Shown here: one piece after another, positions 1 through 12,254 of the stretch
How the letters are laid out: every line of letters starts with the position of its first letter
How positions within the stretch are numbered: the stretch's first letter is position 1
Assembly (NCBI GenBank): GCA_002269645.1
Contig: NIVC01000870.1
Location: 186,001-250,000, forward strand
Source: Macrostomum lignano
Taxonomy: Eukaryota
DNA: 64,000 nt
Direction of reading: 5' to 3'
The notes under the pieces: model-generated
What the model saw: the letters and a program-made list of their open reading frames with translations, nothing else
Database searches by the model: none
Told to the model about the DNA's origin: nothing
Translations under genes and position numbers: made by a program

Positions 1-535
1 AAGGTTGGAAAGCTAGTCTTGCACTTATCTTCTTCCCTAAGAGCTATCTGATAATATCCCGAAAATAGATCTAACGTAGAGAATTGACTGGCTCCATGGA
101 GACATGAAAATGTTTCATTGATATTAGTTATTGGATACGGAAAGTACTCCGATTTATTGTTTAGTGCTCGATAGTCGTTAACTAATCTCAGCGAACCGTC
201 TTTCTTAGGTACTATGACTAATGGAGTCGAGTACTGCGAGTAACTAGGCCTAATTATGCCTCTAGCCAACATGAGATCCAACTGCTCATCTACCTCCTTA
301 ATCCAATGAGGTGGAATCTTCCTAGCTGGTATCTGAACTGGGTTGTTGTCCTTCAAGATAATCTCATGAGTGACTAAATGCGTTCTGCCTAAGTCTAACT
401 CGTGCTGCGAGAAAGCTGCTGAATGTTCCTTGACGACCTCGATCACCTTCTGTCTCTGTTCCTGAGTCAGTTCAGTTCCTATGTTGATTTCACTAATCCA
501 GTCTTCTGACTTCTCCTGCACTGACTGATCTTTTC
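1..535 (-). pseudogene. pol: Gypsy reverse transcriptase N-terminal part, offset by one frame from the protease ORF
   Basis: Manual translation gives ELTQEQRQKVIEVVKEH...LGRTHLVTHEI...STPLVIVPKKDGSLRLVNDYRALN...FSTLDLFSGYYQIALREEDKCKTSFPT, typical of gypsy RT. Confidence 0.9.
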
Positions 536-1555
536 TCTGCTTCCGCAAGACTGCGTGCTCTTATTCTGCTCCTCTTCTGGCTGTTCCTTCAGATAGTTAA
601 GCTCGCTAGCTAAGAGTGGTTTAGCCATCCCAACTAATGCTGATGCTGGTACTCTAGCTTCCTGTGAACTGGTGTTAATCACTTCTAAATAAGCTTCCCC
701 TTGTCTTAGAGTTACTAAACTTGGCACTACGGTTACTTTCTCTGCTCTAGTCTTCAATCCTGATCTGAGTGGCTCAACAACTGATGGCACTCCGAAATTA
801 GTTTCACTACCTGTTGCTAATCTCACCTTGACTAATCCTGAACTATTGGCTGGAACTGTCGTCTTTTCTGCGACATAGATTCTCCTAACCTGAGGCTTAG
901 CTCTGGTTGATCGAAGCGGAATTCTAGTTCCTTGTTTCATGGTTAGCATTCCTGCATCGAAGTCAATAGTAGTACAATAATTTTGGACAAACGTCACACC
1001 TATTACATTGTCTACATCTGCGTCACATAATAGAAACTCAACTTCTTCTTCGAAATCGCCAAATGTTGCCTTAATAACTACGAAACCCTTAATTGGAATA
1101 GGCTCTTCCATAAAAGAAACAATTCTATTGTCCCAATGCTTAATTAGATGCCTATTCTTGCCAGTGAAAAGATGCTTCCAGGTTTCGCGTCCTAAGATAT
1201 TTCTATTACTGCCAGTGTCTAATAGATAAACTATTTCCTTATTTAAAATGCTGCCAGTGATGTACGGATCGTAACTTTGCTTTTTAGTTTGTTCAGTTAA
1301 TTTTGGTTGTTTTAGCTGCTGCTTGCTAGAATAGGGTTGCTGTTGTGGTGCGGTTGAAAAGTGCTGAGAGTAAATGTTTGGTTGATTAAATGATTGATTA
1401 AATGTTTGCGCATGCCTACTGTTATACACTGAAGAATTCAATTCACTATTTACAGAAAAAGTATCGCTGCTATTTACAGGTTGTGAGGCTACAGACTGTG
1501 AGGGATCTACTGCTGGAAAGCGTTGCCTCCGACGCTTCCGTCTACTCCGTTTCCC
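479..1555 (-). CDS. pol: Retropepsin-like aspartic protease region of pol, in the -1 frame relative to gag
   Basis: ORF track 479..1441 contains LLDTGS. The frame stays open up to the slippery site at 1549-1555, and there is no in-frame ATG before the catalytic motif. Confidence 0.85.
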   Translation of the reverse strand, partial: GKRSRRKRRRQRFPAVDPSQSVASQPVNSSDTFSVNSELNSSVYNSRHAQTFNQSFNQPNIYSQHFSTAPQQQPYSSKQQLKQPKLTEQTKKQSYDPYITGSILNKEIVYLLDTGSNRNILGRETWKHLFTGKNRHLIKHWDNRIVSFMEEPIPIKGFVVIKATFGDFEEEVEFLLCDADVDNVIGVTFVQNYCTTIDFDAGMLTMKQGTRIPLRSTRAKPQVRRIYVAEKTTVPANSSGLVKVRLATGSETNFGVPSVVEPLRSGLKTRAEKVTVVPSLVTLRQGEAYLEVINTSSQEARVPASALVGMAKPLLASELNYLKEQPEEEQNKSTQSCGSREKISQCRRSQKTGLVKST

Positions 1556-2550
1556 GAATTCTGCTGCTGAGGGTAATGCGGCTGCGGGTACTGCGGCTGC
1601 ATTTGCTGCTGTGGGTACATCGGCTGCTGATACTGCGGCTGCTGATACTGCGGCTGCTGATACTGCATCTGCTGCTGAGCCGGGTACCTAAGCTGGTTCT
1701 GAGGATGTGGCTGTCTACAATTCTTAGCTAAGTGACCTAGCTTGCCACACCTGTTACACTTTACTGGGGGACGCCCTTGCTGATTCTGGCCTTGCTGCTG
1801 CTGACCTGACGGCTGCTGCTGCTTGACCTTTTGCTCAACGTTCTGGTGGTGTCGGAGTAACTCCTGAAGCACCTTCTGCTGGTTTTCTAGCGCCTCACCC
1901 TGTTTGCGGACTAATTCCTTCAAGCTATTCTCAGCTTCTTCTCCTCCAGTTGCCTTACACTGCTGCGGGTCTCTACCTCGGCGAGACATAGCGTACGCCA
2001 TTTCGATACGTCGCAAGACTCGACGTGTCTCTTGAAGCGAGTTTACCTGAGCTAGTAGTAGCTTCTCTCTAGTCTCTGGGGCAACCCTAACACCTCTAAT
2101 AAATTGTTCCACCACCTCTTCCTGTCTCTGATCGTTAGTTAGATGGGGAAACGCCCTGCATGCTAGCTCTGTCAGCTTTTCAGCGTAGTCATCAGTGCTT
2201 TCAGTTTTGCACTGGAACCTACTACGGAACTCTTCCCTAGCTTCTTGAGCACTACCTACATGCGTGAACCGCTCAATTAGTCTATCCTTAAATTCTGCGT
2301 AGGCTAGATTAGGGTCTAAGTTTAGCCTTGTTACTATAGCAAACGCTGACTGGACATCCAGGTTAGACAGTAGCTCATTCTTCCACTCAGCTGGGGGTAT
2401 CTCATCTGCGATACACCTCTGCTCAAAAGCCTGAATCCACACGTCTATATCCTGATTAGGCGTGTACTTTTGGATCCTAATATGTTTCCTAATGTCTAGC
2501 CTGTCTCTAATGCCTTCAGCCAGTGCTTCTACTACGTCATTAGTTTCCAT
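1507..2550 (-). CDS. gag: Gag with CCHC zinc knuckle and Gln/Pro/Tyr-rich tail
   Basis: 347-aa ORF with capsid-like IDVWIQAFEQRC and QCKTESTDDYAEKL segments and CNRCGKLGHLAKNC. Confidence 0.9.
   Translation of the reverse strand: METNDVVEALAEGIRDRLDIRKHIRIQKYTPNQDIDVWIQAFEQRCIADEIPPAEWKNELLSNLDVQSAFAIVTRLNLDPNLAYAEFKDRLIERFTHVGSAQEAREEFRSRFQCKTESTDDYAEKLTELACRAFPHLTNDQRQEEVVEQFIRGVRVAPETREKLLLAQVNSLQETRRVLRRIEMAYAMSRRGRDPQQCKATGGEEAENSLKELVRKQGEALENQQKVLQELLRHHQNVEQKVKQQQPSGQQQQGQNQQGRPPVKCNRCGKLGHLAKNCRQPHPQNQLRYPAQQQMQYQQPQYQQPQYQQPMYPQQQMQPQYPQPHYPQQQNSGNGVDGSVGGNAFQQ
1549..1555 (-). promoter_or_regulatory. -1 ribosomal frameshift slippery heptamer G GGA AAC
   Basis: Correct phase in gag (TCG GGA AAC). 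A 9-nt spacer is followed by the stem GGAAGCGT/ACGCTTTCC. Confidence 0.7.
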
Positions 2551-2991
2551 ATTAGTTTATTTTTAGGTCGGATTTTAGAATTAACGCTTCTGGTTTAATA
2601 ATTTTGGTCAGTAAATTGGCAAGACTCCGAATTTAGCTGCTAATTGCCTAATGGTAAGACTTTAGTTAATAAAACAGCAGTGACTCTAGTTTTATTACTT
2701 CCGCCTTACTTCTGGTCTTAATTGAGACCTTACTAATCTTCTAGCGAAGAAACTAAGTTAGAATTCCTTTCAGGAGCGTTAATCCGTTCCTAATCCGTTA
2801 ATCCGTTAATCTGTGATTTGACAATCTTAGACCAACTGACTATGTACATTAATCTCTAATTTAGAACCTAATTAGTAATTTTGTGTTAGTTTTGGTTCTA
2901 ATTTCAGCACATAGGAGTTAATCCGTTAATCCCTTACTAATCCTAAGCTCCAGTCTAATGTATGCGCTTCTCGGGTATTCTAATCCTCTAA

Positions 2992-3111
2992 GCTGCCACC
3001 AATTGGAATGGGCGTGTAACCGCGGCTAAGCTACTGGTTTCTATTGCTAAGGATTATGAGTGGATTATTATCTGCGGTACTGTTTAAATGTTTGGTAGTT
3101 CGCTGCCACCA
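2992..3111 (-). promoter_or_regulatory. Two tRNA-Leu-like primer-binding-site motifs
   Basis: Minus strand TGGTGGCAGCG (3101-3111) and TGGTGGCAGC (2992-3001), complementary to the tRNA-Leu 3' end CGCUGCCACCA. Confidence 0.55.
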
Positions 3112-4425
3112 GGTTCCTGCTGTTCCTTAATTCTAGCTTTAGGTTTAAAGAACTAAGTCAGGACACCAATTTGGATTTAGTTAACACAAAAAAAATTTTA
3201 ATAATAGAAAAGTGAATTACGGTACAAAAGTTAGTTTTGCTTTTACATTAATTCCCTATTTCCTTATTCCCGTTATAGTGCTTGGGCAAGACTCCCAGTT
3301 TTTAGAGGCAAGACTCCTCTGTGCAAGCCTATCCCTTATATTTCCCTTTCCTTACCACTTCTTCGTGAACTCTCTAAGTTTAAACAGGAGAAGACACTCC
3401 AACGAAGGTCCGAGTTTTCTTTCCCGAGAGCCCAACTGCTCTGTAGTTCTAAAGGAACCCCAATTTTAACCACTTAACCCCGCTCTAATTATTTCCCCGG
3501 GTTGAAACTACTGATAGTAGGGTAAAAGCATATTTAAACCCACAAAATTTCCCGTTCCTAAAATAATGCCCTACTACATATGCAAAAATCTAACTACGAT
3601 TAAAAACGGACAGAAGCCAGAGGCGTCTGTCGAAATGAAGTTATTTCAATCGAGTGGATCCCTTGGATTTTTGCTGGTAAACATTGAACAGACTGTCTTT
3701 GTCTTGCGGAGCAAATTGTCTGTCTCTACTCAAAGTAGCCGGTTCATACGCTGACCAAGCTCGGTTGCCGCATATTCAAGTAGATACGGACATTTGCAGG
3801 CAATGCCAATTAGTTTTCGGTAGTCTCAGACTTGGACGAAGATTACTCACGCACAGATAGCAAATTGATCAGCTCTTGCCTCCAATCAGCTGCCTCCCCT
3901 AGATGATGTGACTTGCCTATTTTTACAAGATCTGACTGGAGCTTCCCAATAAGTTCTTGCAAGAGCCCACAAGATTTGTACCATTCAAATGTATAAGCAG
4001 ATCTTACATTATCTGCTAAGATCTTACAAGACAAATCGGCTACGATATGCTAAGATCTGTATGCAATAAAACATCATGCTCAACTTAGATTTCCGAGCAG
4101 ATCTGCATGGCCAAATTAATTAGCCTATTTACGAGCGTATGCATGCTTAACTTTCGATGTTTTAAAAGACTTGAAACACAAAAAACTAAAAACGATCAGT
4201 ATCTAAAATAATAAAGTATCTGCAGTGTTGACACAGCAGATTCATCTGCCGATTGATGAGACAGTAGAATCGGTGGCAAACGTTTTTCAATACGTATGGC
4301 GCACGAGAATCAATCTGGCAATCGCGAGACTGTAGTAGCGGCGGCGAGACTGGACTTGGATCGGCGAGACTAGACTGGGATCGGCGAGACTGTAGTAGTA
4401 ATGGATATGTAGGTTTGAGCGCAGA

Positions 4426-4745
4426 GCATACCTTCAAAATTCCCTAAAAATGACTAAAAACAGGTGAAAATGGTCTTAAAACAGTGATTTTAGTGATTTG
4501 TTTTTTCCAATAGTTATTTTGGAATCGTTGGTTCATCTCAATGCCATTTCAGGTGTAAACAATTTTAAACTGTCATCAACTTTGATAATGCTTACTTTTT
4601 TCGTCATAAAATGGCCATCAATAAACCACTATTTCTAGGAACTGCTTTAGACATTCAGTCATCTATAACAAAAAACCTCTGATTATCTCCACTTGCAGAT
4701 ACCCAGGAGAACTTCATATACCATCATACAATTTCGCAGGTCACC
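4426..4745 (+). repeat. Dispersed repeat, diverged copy of about 14963-15290
   Basis: Shared blocks TGACTAAAAACAGGT.AAAATGGTCT and AAAATGGCC.TCA.TAAACCA.TATTTCT. Confidence 0.75.
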
Positions 4746-7024
4746 ATGTGGCCTCAGTGAGGAAGTCAATGTCCTTTGCTAGTCCTCGGGCTTTATGTCC
4801 GCGACCCTCGGTCAATTTCACAAAGCATTTGCTAAATTTTCTATAATAAGAATGGAACAAATAGTACGAGAAATTCTCTTGAAACAATTTGGATATTGTG
4901 ACTCAGCTTTAACGTTGTGCGAAACCCACACTAAGTGAAGCGTATGGTTAAACAGGCTCTCGCAGGAACTCTAACAAGGTCAAGGACAGCTTCCATTACA
5001 CAAAGGTAAATTTTATTTTACTCAAATCAAAATTGCTTCAATGAATATACCATGAGAATTAAAAAAACAACCCCAAGATACTATTTTTCCATTCCATTAA
5101 ATCCGTTCTTAGGTTACACTTCGCATACCTTATGCAAAAAATAATGTTTTTTTAAATATTAAAGTAGTGATTATTAAAAAAAGAAACCAATACTCCTGAA
5201 ACGCTTATGACAAACAAGATTAAAAACATTAGAGCAATATTGACATATTATTCATTGGTCGTCACAAGTCATCTACAAAAATAGTTTTAGTTAGATGATG
5301 GAGCAGCAGTGCCTCGATTGTCAGCAGTGCCTCGATTGTCAGCAGTGACTTCATAGGGCGGTGGAAGGCTATCATCTTCAGCATCCAAATCACCAATCGC
5401 TTGCATGGCTTGAGTTTGGCTTTGATGGGATAGTGCAATCGCTTGCAAGCTTTTTCTTTTTTGACACATTTTCCTTTAGCAGCTGCAAGAGCTTTTCCTC
5501 CTCCGTAAAGGACTTGAATGTATCCATACCTTGTAGCTTATTGAATAGTTTATCAGAATCTTGATCTGCGAATATAGTTAATGGCAGTAGCCTTCGAATC
5601 TTTTGCTTTGTGAGTTCGAATTCCTTTCTATGATCCCTATATCTTTTGCGAAGTTCCTTTTCGGATGGCATGTCTATTAAAGCTTTTGGTTGGTGCAGTG
5701 AATTTTGGAAGAATTATCAGCCATCTCTCAATTCATTCCTGTATTATTATGTGAAAATACGAAAGCAGCACATAACCTCAATTCTCATTGGTTGCCAAAA
5801 CTCGAGCCAAATTCCTTTTAACTTTGGCACGCCATTTCAGAGCAAATTTTGGCAGAATTTTTGGTTTTGGCAACCAATGAGAAAGCGACATCGGGTGAAT
5901 GGAATGCAACTTTGCAGGCTCATGCCAGATGCAGAAAAAAGTCTACCCACATAATTCAAAATTGTAGTTACTTGAGAAGCTCGGCATCGCACTGCACAAT
6001 GCACACTGAAAGAAACTATGTTCCTTTTTTATTTAAAGCAGAATGACTCAACATTCTAGCTTTTCGCATCAAGAATGAAGCAAAGCAACATACCTAACCC
6101 TAACAGTTAAGCAGTTGAGTCAATAATTATTTATTGTTCATTTATTAATAGGTTTTGAATATCAGCATGCTGCAGCAGGAATTGAGCACCTCATAAACCC
6201 CAACTCTAAAGCAGCGGCCATTGTCATTTTTTTCTATTTTCATGACTCAGTGCGCATGTAAGAAGTCGCTTAGGTGGCTGGGGACGATAAACCCACTTTA
6301 GTTTTGGAAGCAATACAACACACGTAAATCAGACAGACTAAAGCAAACAGAGCGAACATATAATTCACACAACTCAGCAACAACGAAAAGGTAAGAAATA
6401 AGAGTTTTCTACTTGTGTTGATTTTGATACTAAATAGTTATAATGCCCTACATTTTAGAATCCCGTATCGAGGCAGCAGTGGCATCAGTCGAATCCGACC
6501 TCAATAGTCTTATCAAGGAGATTTTTTCGTAGTGGGGATTTAAAGCATTGTAAGAAATGGATAGGAGAATATAACAAGGTTGCTAGAAAATTTAATAGAG
6601 GGAAGTTTGCTATTCCAACTTTGCTATTTGCTATGCAAGCTTATAGCTTGCAAATTTATATCAAAATTTGTATTTAATACAGCCTATTATTATTTAGCAT
6701 ATCTAAGAATATATCCAACATTTTTCCAATCCTAATATTTTTAGAAGTCTAGCTTTTCCTTAGCCTTAGTCTTTTTAGAAAAGATACAATTTTTGGCCTT
6801 AATATTTTTTTCAATTTAGTTTTTTTCTAGCTATAATCCTTATTTGAATCTTTTTTAGTTTAAATAATCCTTCTTAGAAGCTACTTTATCCTTAAGCCTA
6901 GACTTAATTTGTCTAACAATGTAGCTTTCCCTTATCTTAATCATAGGCCCCCTAACCTTTAAGGAATCTATCTTCTCTTCTTCTCTATTATCCTAATCCT
7001 CTAAGAAATCACTTCCCTATCTCA

Positions 7025-7410
7025 ATCCTCTAGGAAATTTAGCTGCTTTCTTATCCAAATCCTCTAGGGTATCCAGCCACTTTCCATTCCCAATCCTCTG
7101 GGGAATTCAGCCACCCTACCTTCCCAATCCTTTGGGGAATCCAGCTGCTTTCTTATCCAATCTAGGGAATCCAGCCACTCCCCTTTCCTAAACCTCTGGG
7201 GAATCCAGCCACTTTCCTCTCCCAATCCTTTGGAAAATCCAGCCACTCTCCTTTCCCAATCCTCTGGGGAATCCAGCCCCGCACCTTTCCGAATCCTCTA
7301 GGGAATCCAGCCACTCCCCTTTCCCAATCCTCTGGGGAATTTAGGTGCTTTCTTATCTAAATCATCTGGGGAATCCAGCCACTCCCCTTTCCGAATACTC
7401 TGGGCAATTT
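7025..7410. repeat. About 34-bp minisatellite
   Basis: AATCC(T) motifs recur at 7058, 7092 and 7126; consensus like GGGAATCCAGCCACTCCCCTTTCCCAATCCTCT. Confidence 0.9.
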
Positions 7411-8254
7411 AGTTTTGCTTGTTTAGAAATAAATTTAGATTGGGTACTCCGAGTAGCTAGCTAAGCACGTCTACTATCTCTCAGTAGTTCCCAAATTATT
7501 AAAAAGGAACCGATCATTTTTATGGTGCTAGTCAAAAAGCATAAGTGCACAGGCGTAAGTTAAACCTTTAGTTATATTCCATGTACAATTGCTACAGTAT
7601 ATTGGCATTAAGAAGTTTAACTTACGAGCTATGCATATGTAAGTGCTTAAAATTGGTATAGCATTATTATATTTGGAGGCCTTCTTTTTCATATATATTT
7701 ATCATTGCATGGATGGATATTATATCATTATATTACTTTCGAATTTCAAGGACCATCGTCGAACAGTGTCTGCATGGTATAGGATCAGATCTGGGACATT
7801 TACAATGTGCTTGAAACGATGTGCTCCAGTGGAGAGGGTTATAGAGGGTGCACAGTGGGGCGTATGGCGCTCAACTATAGCCCAAATTCAGAAATCGATT
7901 TTTTTAATTTTTTACTTTGTTTAATGATAAATTCTTCATTAGCCTAAATATTTCATTCTACTTTCACAAATATGACATCTATACGTCGTGTATCACACTC
8001 TTCCAATCAAAAATATTCGCTATATACACTGAAAGTAGAGTTTCCCTGCAGTTCAGGCTGTAAATCCAAACACAGCAAACGATACACAATGTTTACACCA
8101 AAATTTAGGACCTTTTTAGACAACAGCCGTCGTAGGAGACTTTTTTCAGTTCTACTCTGTCTGCAGAAAGAATATGTCTCTGTATCGATTGGTTTTGGAG
8201 CTATTTAAAGTGAAACTTTCCGCCCATTATAGTGTATTTAGATAGGAAAAGTTC

Positions 8255-8600
8255 GAAATCTCCTCTCCTCTCCTCTCCTTTCTCCTCTCATCTCAGCTCC
8301 TCTAACCTCTCCTCTCACCTCTCTTCTCATCTCTCCTCTCCCCTCTCGTCTCCTTTCTCCTCTCACCTCGGCTCCTCTACTTTACTCTCTCATTTCATTT
8401 CCTCTCCCCTCTCGTCTCCTTTCTCCTCTCACCTCGGCTCCTCTACTCTACTCTCTTATCTCATTTCCTCTCCCCTCTCCTCTCTCCTCTCTTTTCTCTC
8501 CCCTGCCTCTCCTCTCATTTCTCCTCTCCGCTCTCCTCTTCTCTCCTCTCTCCTCTGCTCTTATCTTTTTTCTTCTCACTCATCTCTTCTCTCATCCACT
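8255..8600. repeat. CT-rich low-complexity tract with an internal duplication of about 70 bp
   Basis: Pyrimidine-rich. Similar tracts lie at about 10420-10660, 37200-37560 and 41560-42310. Confidence 0.9.
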
Positions 8601-11249
8601 CCCAAAGAAATTCAAATTTCTGGCTGCGTCAAATGTGTTCCTTTTCGAAGCCATTTCATTTCGAAAGCAGCTAGAACTAGAACTAGAACTAAACTACAAT
8701 CTGGGTTAATAGTTATATGGTTGTTTAATGTACGGAAGACTGAATTGGAACAGAAAAAGAAGCATTTCAAAGGCCTGATTGATAGTGGCATTGAGACATT
8801 GAGAGCAAACAAGCGGACTCTCCTCCAAGTCTCTCGAGCCTCTCTTTCCGACTTTTTTATGGCCACAGCTGCCTCCGTCTCGTCATACCCCCCCCCCCCG
8901 ATAAGAAAATGGTTTATTTCGAGCCTCTGTTTGATACAGGCATGGTCCATGCCGGGGTTCACAGACCATGATTAGCCTGCTTTAAAGGGTGGCAAGATTG
9001 CTGTAAAGGGGCTGTAAAGGGGCCGGAGGGCCAACCTCTAGAAAATGCTGATTGGGGGGGGGGGCAGCAATCGTGAGATAGATAGATAGTGCCTAGTTAA
9101 ACTGTTAGTTAAACACTTATTCTTACTTGCTTAATTAAGCGGTTTTTCATGCCGGATGCAAGCTATGCATAAGTATACATTATAGAATTGATAGATACAA
9201 AAAATGCAAATTATTAAATATATGATTTAAGGAACTTGTCAGGCAGCATAAAATGGAAATCATGAGAAGTAAAGTAGACTTTCTAATTACAAGATCGATA
9301 TTTTAGGAAATAATAAAGAATATTATTACCCACCCCCACTAAATCGGTTTTTTACAAAGAGAGAAACAAATGGTTGAGCAGACATTTCAATAACCAGTGT
9401 TCATGAGGTTGTACATTGATGTGGATGGAGCATTAGAAATCTAAAGCTCGAGCTAGGACCAGTATATTCCAGCTACTAGATCTAAACTTCCTTGTTCCTT
9501 GTAAATTTCCCTGGAGCCGAAAATTCTGAACATGGGGAGAAACACCTGTCCGTAAAAGCCTTCCAAAGCCTCCGTTTTTATTGCTATAGCCCCTATCAAG
9601 CTCCGATTCCAAAGGCAGGCTATGGGAGCCTCTTTTGTGTGTTTTTTTTGGCAGGGAGCAGGATTCACAGTATGTATATTGTATATTTATACATATATCA
9701 AATATACTACCACATAATAACCCAACCTTGAATCTATTCTATGATTTCTGTTGATTGTATCACACGGTTGAATAGGCTATAAATTATTAATTTTGTCAAG
9801 ATACGAGCTCTCGTTTTGAAAGTGGCTTATTTCTGTGTAGCAGTAGGAACATTTTTAGCTGACATTTTTTGTGCAAATACCAAAGCAATGACAAAGAAAA
9901 GCAGTTTGTGTAGACTGTAATGTTTTGCATTGACGATAGTCTCCAGTCAGTGTTCCTGCGTCGTGCGTCGGAACCATTCGAGATAAAGCATCGAAAGGAA
10001 GTTCCCAGGCAGCCGATTCAGTTTTATCTGGGGAGGAGGAGTTTGATTGAAATATCAGTAAGCTCTAGAGTATCTCTTAAGAATATAATTGACACATATT
10101 CAGCAGGTTCATATTGGGCCTTGAATGGGCCTAGCCCAAGTCCAACCCATGCTTAAAAAATAACAATTGAATCTTTTTTCTTACCTCTAGTATCCATCCA
10201 TTCGGACAGCTTCAGAGGCGGCAGTGGTCGAGGTGACAGTCAGGCATGAATCCGACAGGCAGTGGACAACAGTAGCTAGCTGCAATGATTAAAAATATTG
10301 ATAATATGATATTATTAATGACGAATTTATTTAAATGAAAACAGCTGAAGTGAAGCAATGCTAAATCTCTTTATCTCACCTAATCGCAATCGCCCCCAGC
10401 CAATGGAACAACATAGAATAGGGTGCTCTCCTCAGCTTCTCTTATCTCTTCTCATCTCATCTCATCTCACCTTCTCTTTTTTCTCTCATCTCTCATCTCT
10501 CATCAACTCTCACCTCCCCTCCTCTCATTCCATCTCCTAACTGTTTTTCTTCTTTTTCATCTCTCTCCTTTCTTCTCTCCTTTCATCTCTAATATTTTCT
10601 ATCATTCTATCATCTCCTCTTCTTCTCCCCATTCCCTCTCCTTTCCACTCTCATCTGGCCCGCAGCAATGATCTAGATTCTTTATCTGACCCTTGAAGTA
10701 AAAAGTTTACCGATCCCTTGGTCTAGACTCTAGGCCTTGAAGCAAAAATATTAAGGTAGAGGTGATTCCAAGTGGTTCTAATTCTATAGGAAATTGCTTT
10801 TATATTGAAAACTGTGATCCCACCGGCATGAGTTTGAAAATGGTACCAGCTTTTATTATATCATTGAGATAAGGCATGTTTTATGTTTCTATACGGGGGC
10901 CTACTATATGAAAAAATATGAAAATAGTGGTAACACTCGTTCTGTATTCAGATATCTTGGATTTCTTTTGTGCAGTCTCTTGCCTGCTCTTTGTTTCAAA
11001 ACGTGTACCAGCGAGCAAAGCTATATTCCCACCACCACCTCCAGTATGAGTATGAAATACAAAGCGCAAAGAACAATAGGGTTAGACAGGGCAAGGAATC
11101 CTCTATACAGGTATACAGGTATAGAGGATTCCTTGGACAGGGAATGTTTCAACTTTCATCTAAGGGAAAGACAGGAAAATTAATAACTAAGTGCTTTGAA
11201 AATCACTCACCGTTAGTATTTAGTAATCATTTCCACACAATGGAATGAC

Positions 11250-12110
11250 TGCAAACTCTTCATCTTGGGGAATCATAAAGCACTTTCCTGTGTGAGTGCC
11301 TTGCACAGCAGTTCGAAAAATTACGTAGATCCTAATTCCAAGTTCTGTCGAATCAGTAGGATAGTTGTATAATGGTCTTCTTAGAATCAAAAGCTGCCCT
11401 GAGACTAGATTGTTGCGTGCTGATCGTATATAAACCACCTTCGAACCGATAGGCAGCAGTTATCGGCATGCTTTTTCGAATGATGATGTGCTCTTGTCTT
11501 TCACGGCAGACTAAAGCTGCAGTAATCAAAACTTGATTGAAGCTGTGGGTCGATGCAAATCTTGTTACTTTAATCCGTCATTTAATTGCAGACAAAAAGT
11601 TCTCAAATGGAAACGTGCTGAAGTTAGATGAACACCCAAAATGTTCTACAAACTGATGCAGATGAAGCAGAGAGTGCATATTGTAAGTCATACAGACTTG
11701 TCCGTAAAGCGATCTTGCTTTTCTTAGAAAGAGTTGCAAGGACAATTGAGCAGTATTCTTGAATTCGTGAAGATTGTAATTATTACAGCTATACACATAG
11801 GTAGCAAAATGAAGAAGCTGAAAATGCCTGTAGAGCTTATCGGATAGAAATTCGCGAAACAATATTGGTGCCAGATACAGGACGAATAGGCGGTACTCAG
11901 TGGCTTTAAAATGCCGTAAATCGGAGTCTATTCTTCTTGAACGCCTCTGAAAGCAACTTGGTGTAAAACATGCTATGCTTTGTACTTTATTAGACAAGCG
12001 CTTAATGACAGCAGGTTTCAGTTTGCACCTGCGTCCTTCATCGCTGAAAAAGTAGCAATAGAAAAGCTTCCGAACCACACCAAGGCAAATAGCATGCTGG
12101 AAATTCAAAG
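11250..12110 (-). pseudogene. CACTA/EnSpm(CMC)-like transposase fragment
   Basis: ORF 11578..12108: FQHAICLGVVRKL, RHFKATEYRLFVLY, YGQVCMTYNMHSLLHL, FSTFPFENFLSAIK. The continuation is disrupted. Confidence 0.8.
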
Positions 12111-12254
12111 GAAAGGACAGTGTTTATTAGGTAGTTTTAACAGTGGTGAAATTTCTCTGCCGGTTTGATTAGATTCCTGGCCCGAGCGATAAGCATCTGG
12201 TGTTCTTGAACTCGCTGCACTTTTGGAATAAATGTTTTTATTAATTCACTGCAG

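Larger units (their letters stand above)
1..3544 (-). mobile_element. Ty3/gypsy LTR retrotransposon 1 (5' part; runs off the window start)
   Basis: Minus-strand order gag - protease - RT. tRNA-Leu-like PBS motifs near 2992-3111. The LTR boundaries (about 3015-3544) are only a guess from TGTAAC at 3015 and a TATA-like motif near 3335. Confidence 0.85.

Noticed and set aside
500-540. Second programmed frameshift between protease and RT in element 1
   Set aside because: No X XXY YYZ heptamer in phase; a decay indel is simpler.
1507-1509. Stop-codon readthrough of the gag TAG
   Set aside because: The protease is in the -1 frame, not the gag frame.
8232-8975. 247-aa Ser/Leu-rich ORF
   Set aside because: It is mostly CT-rich low-complexity sequence.
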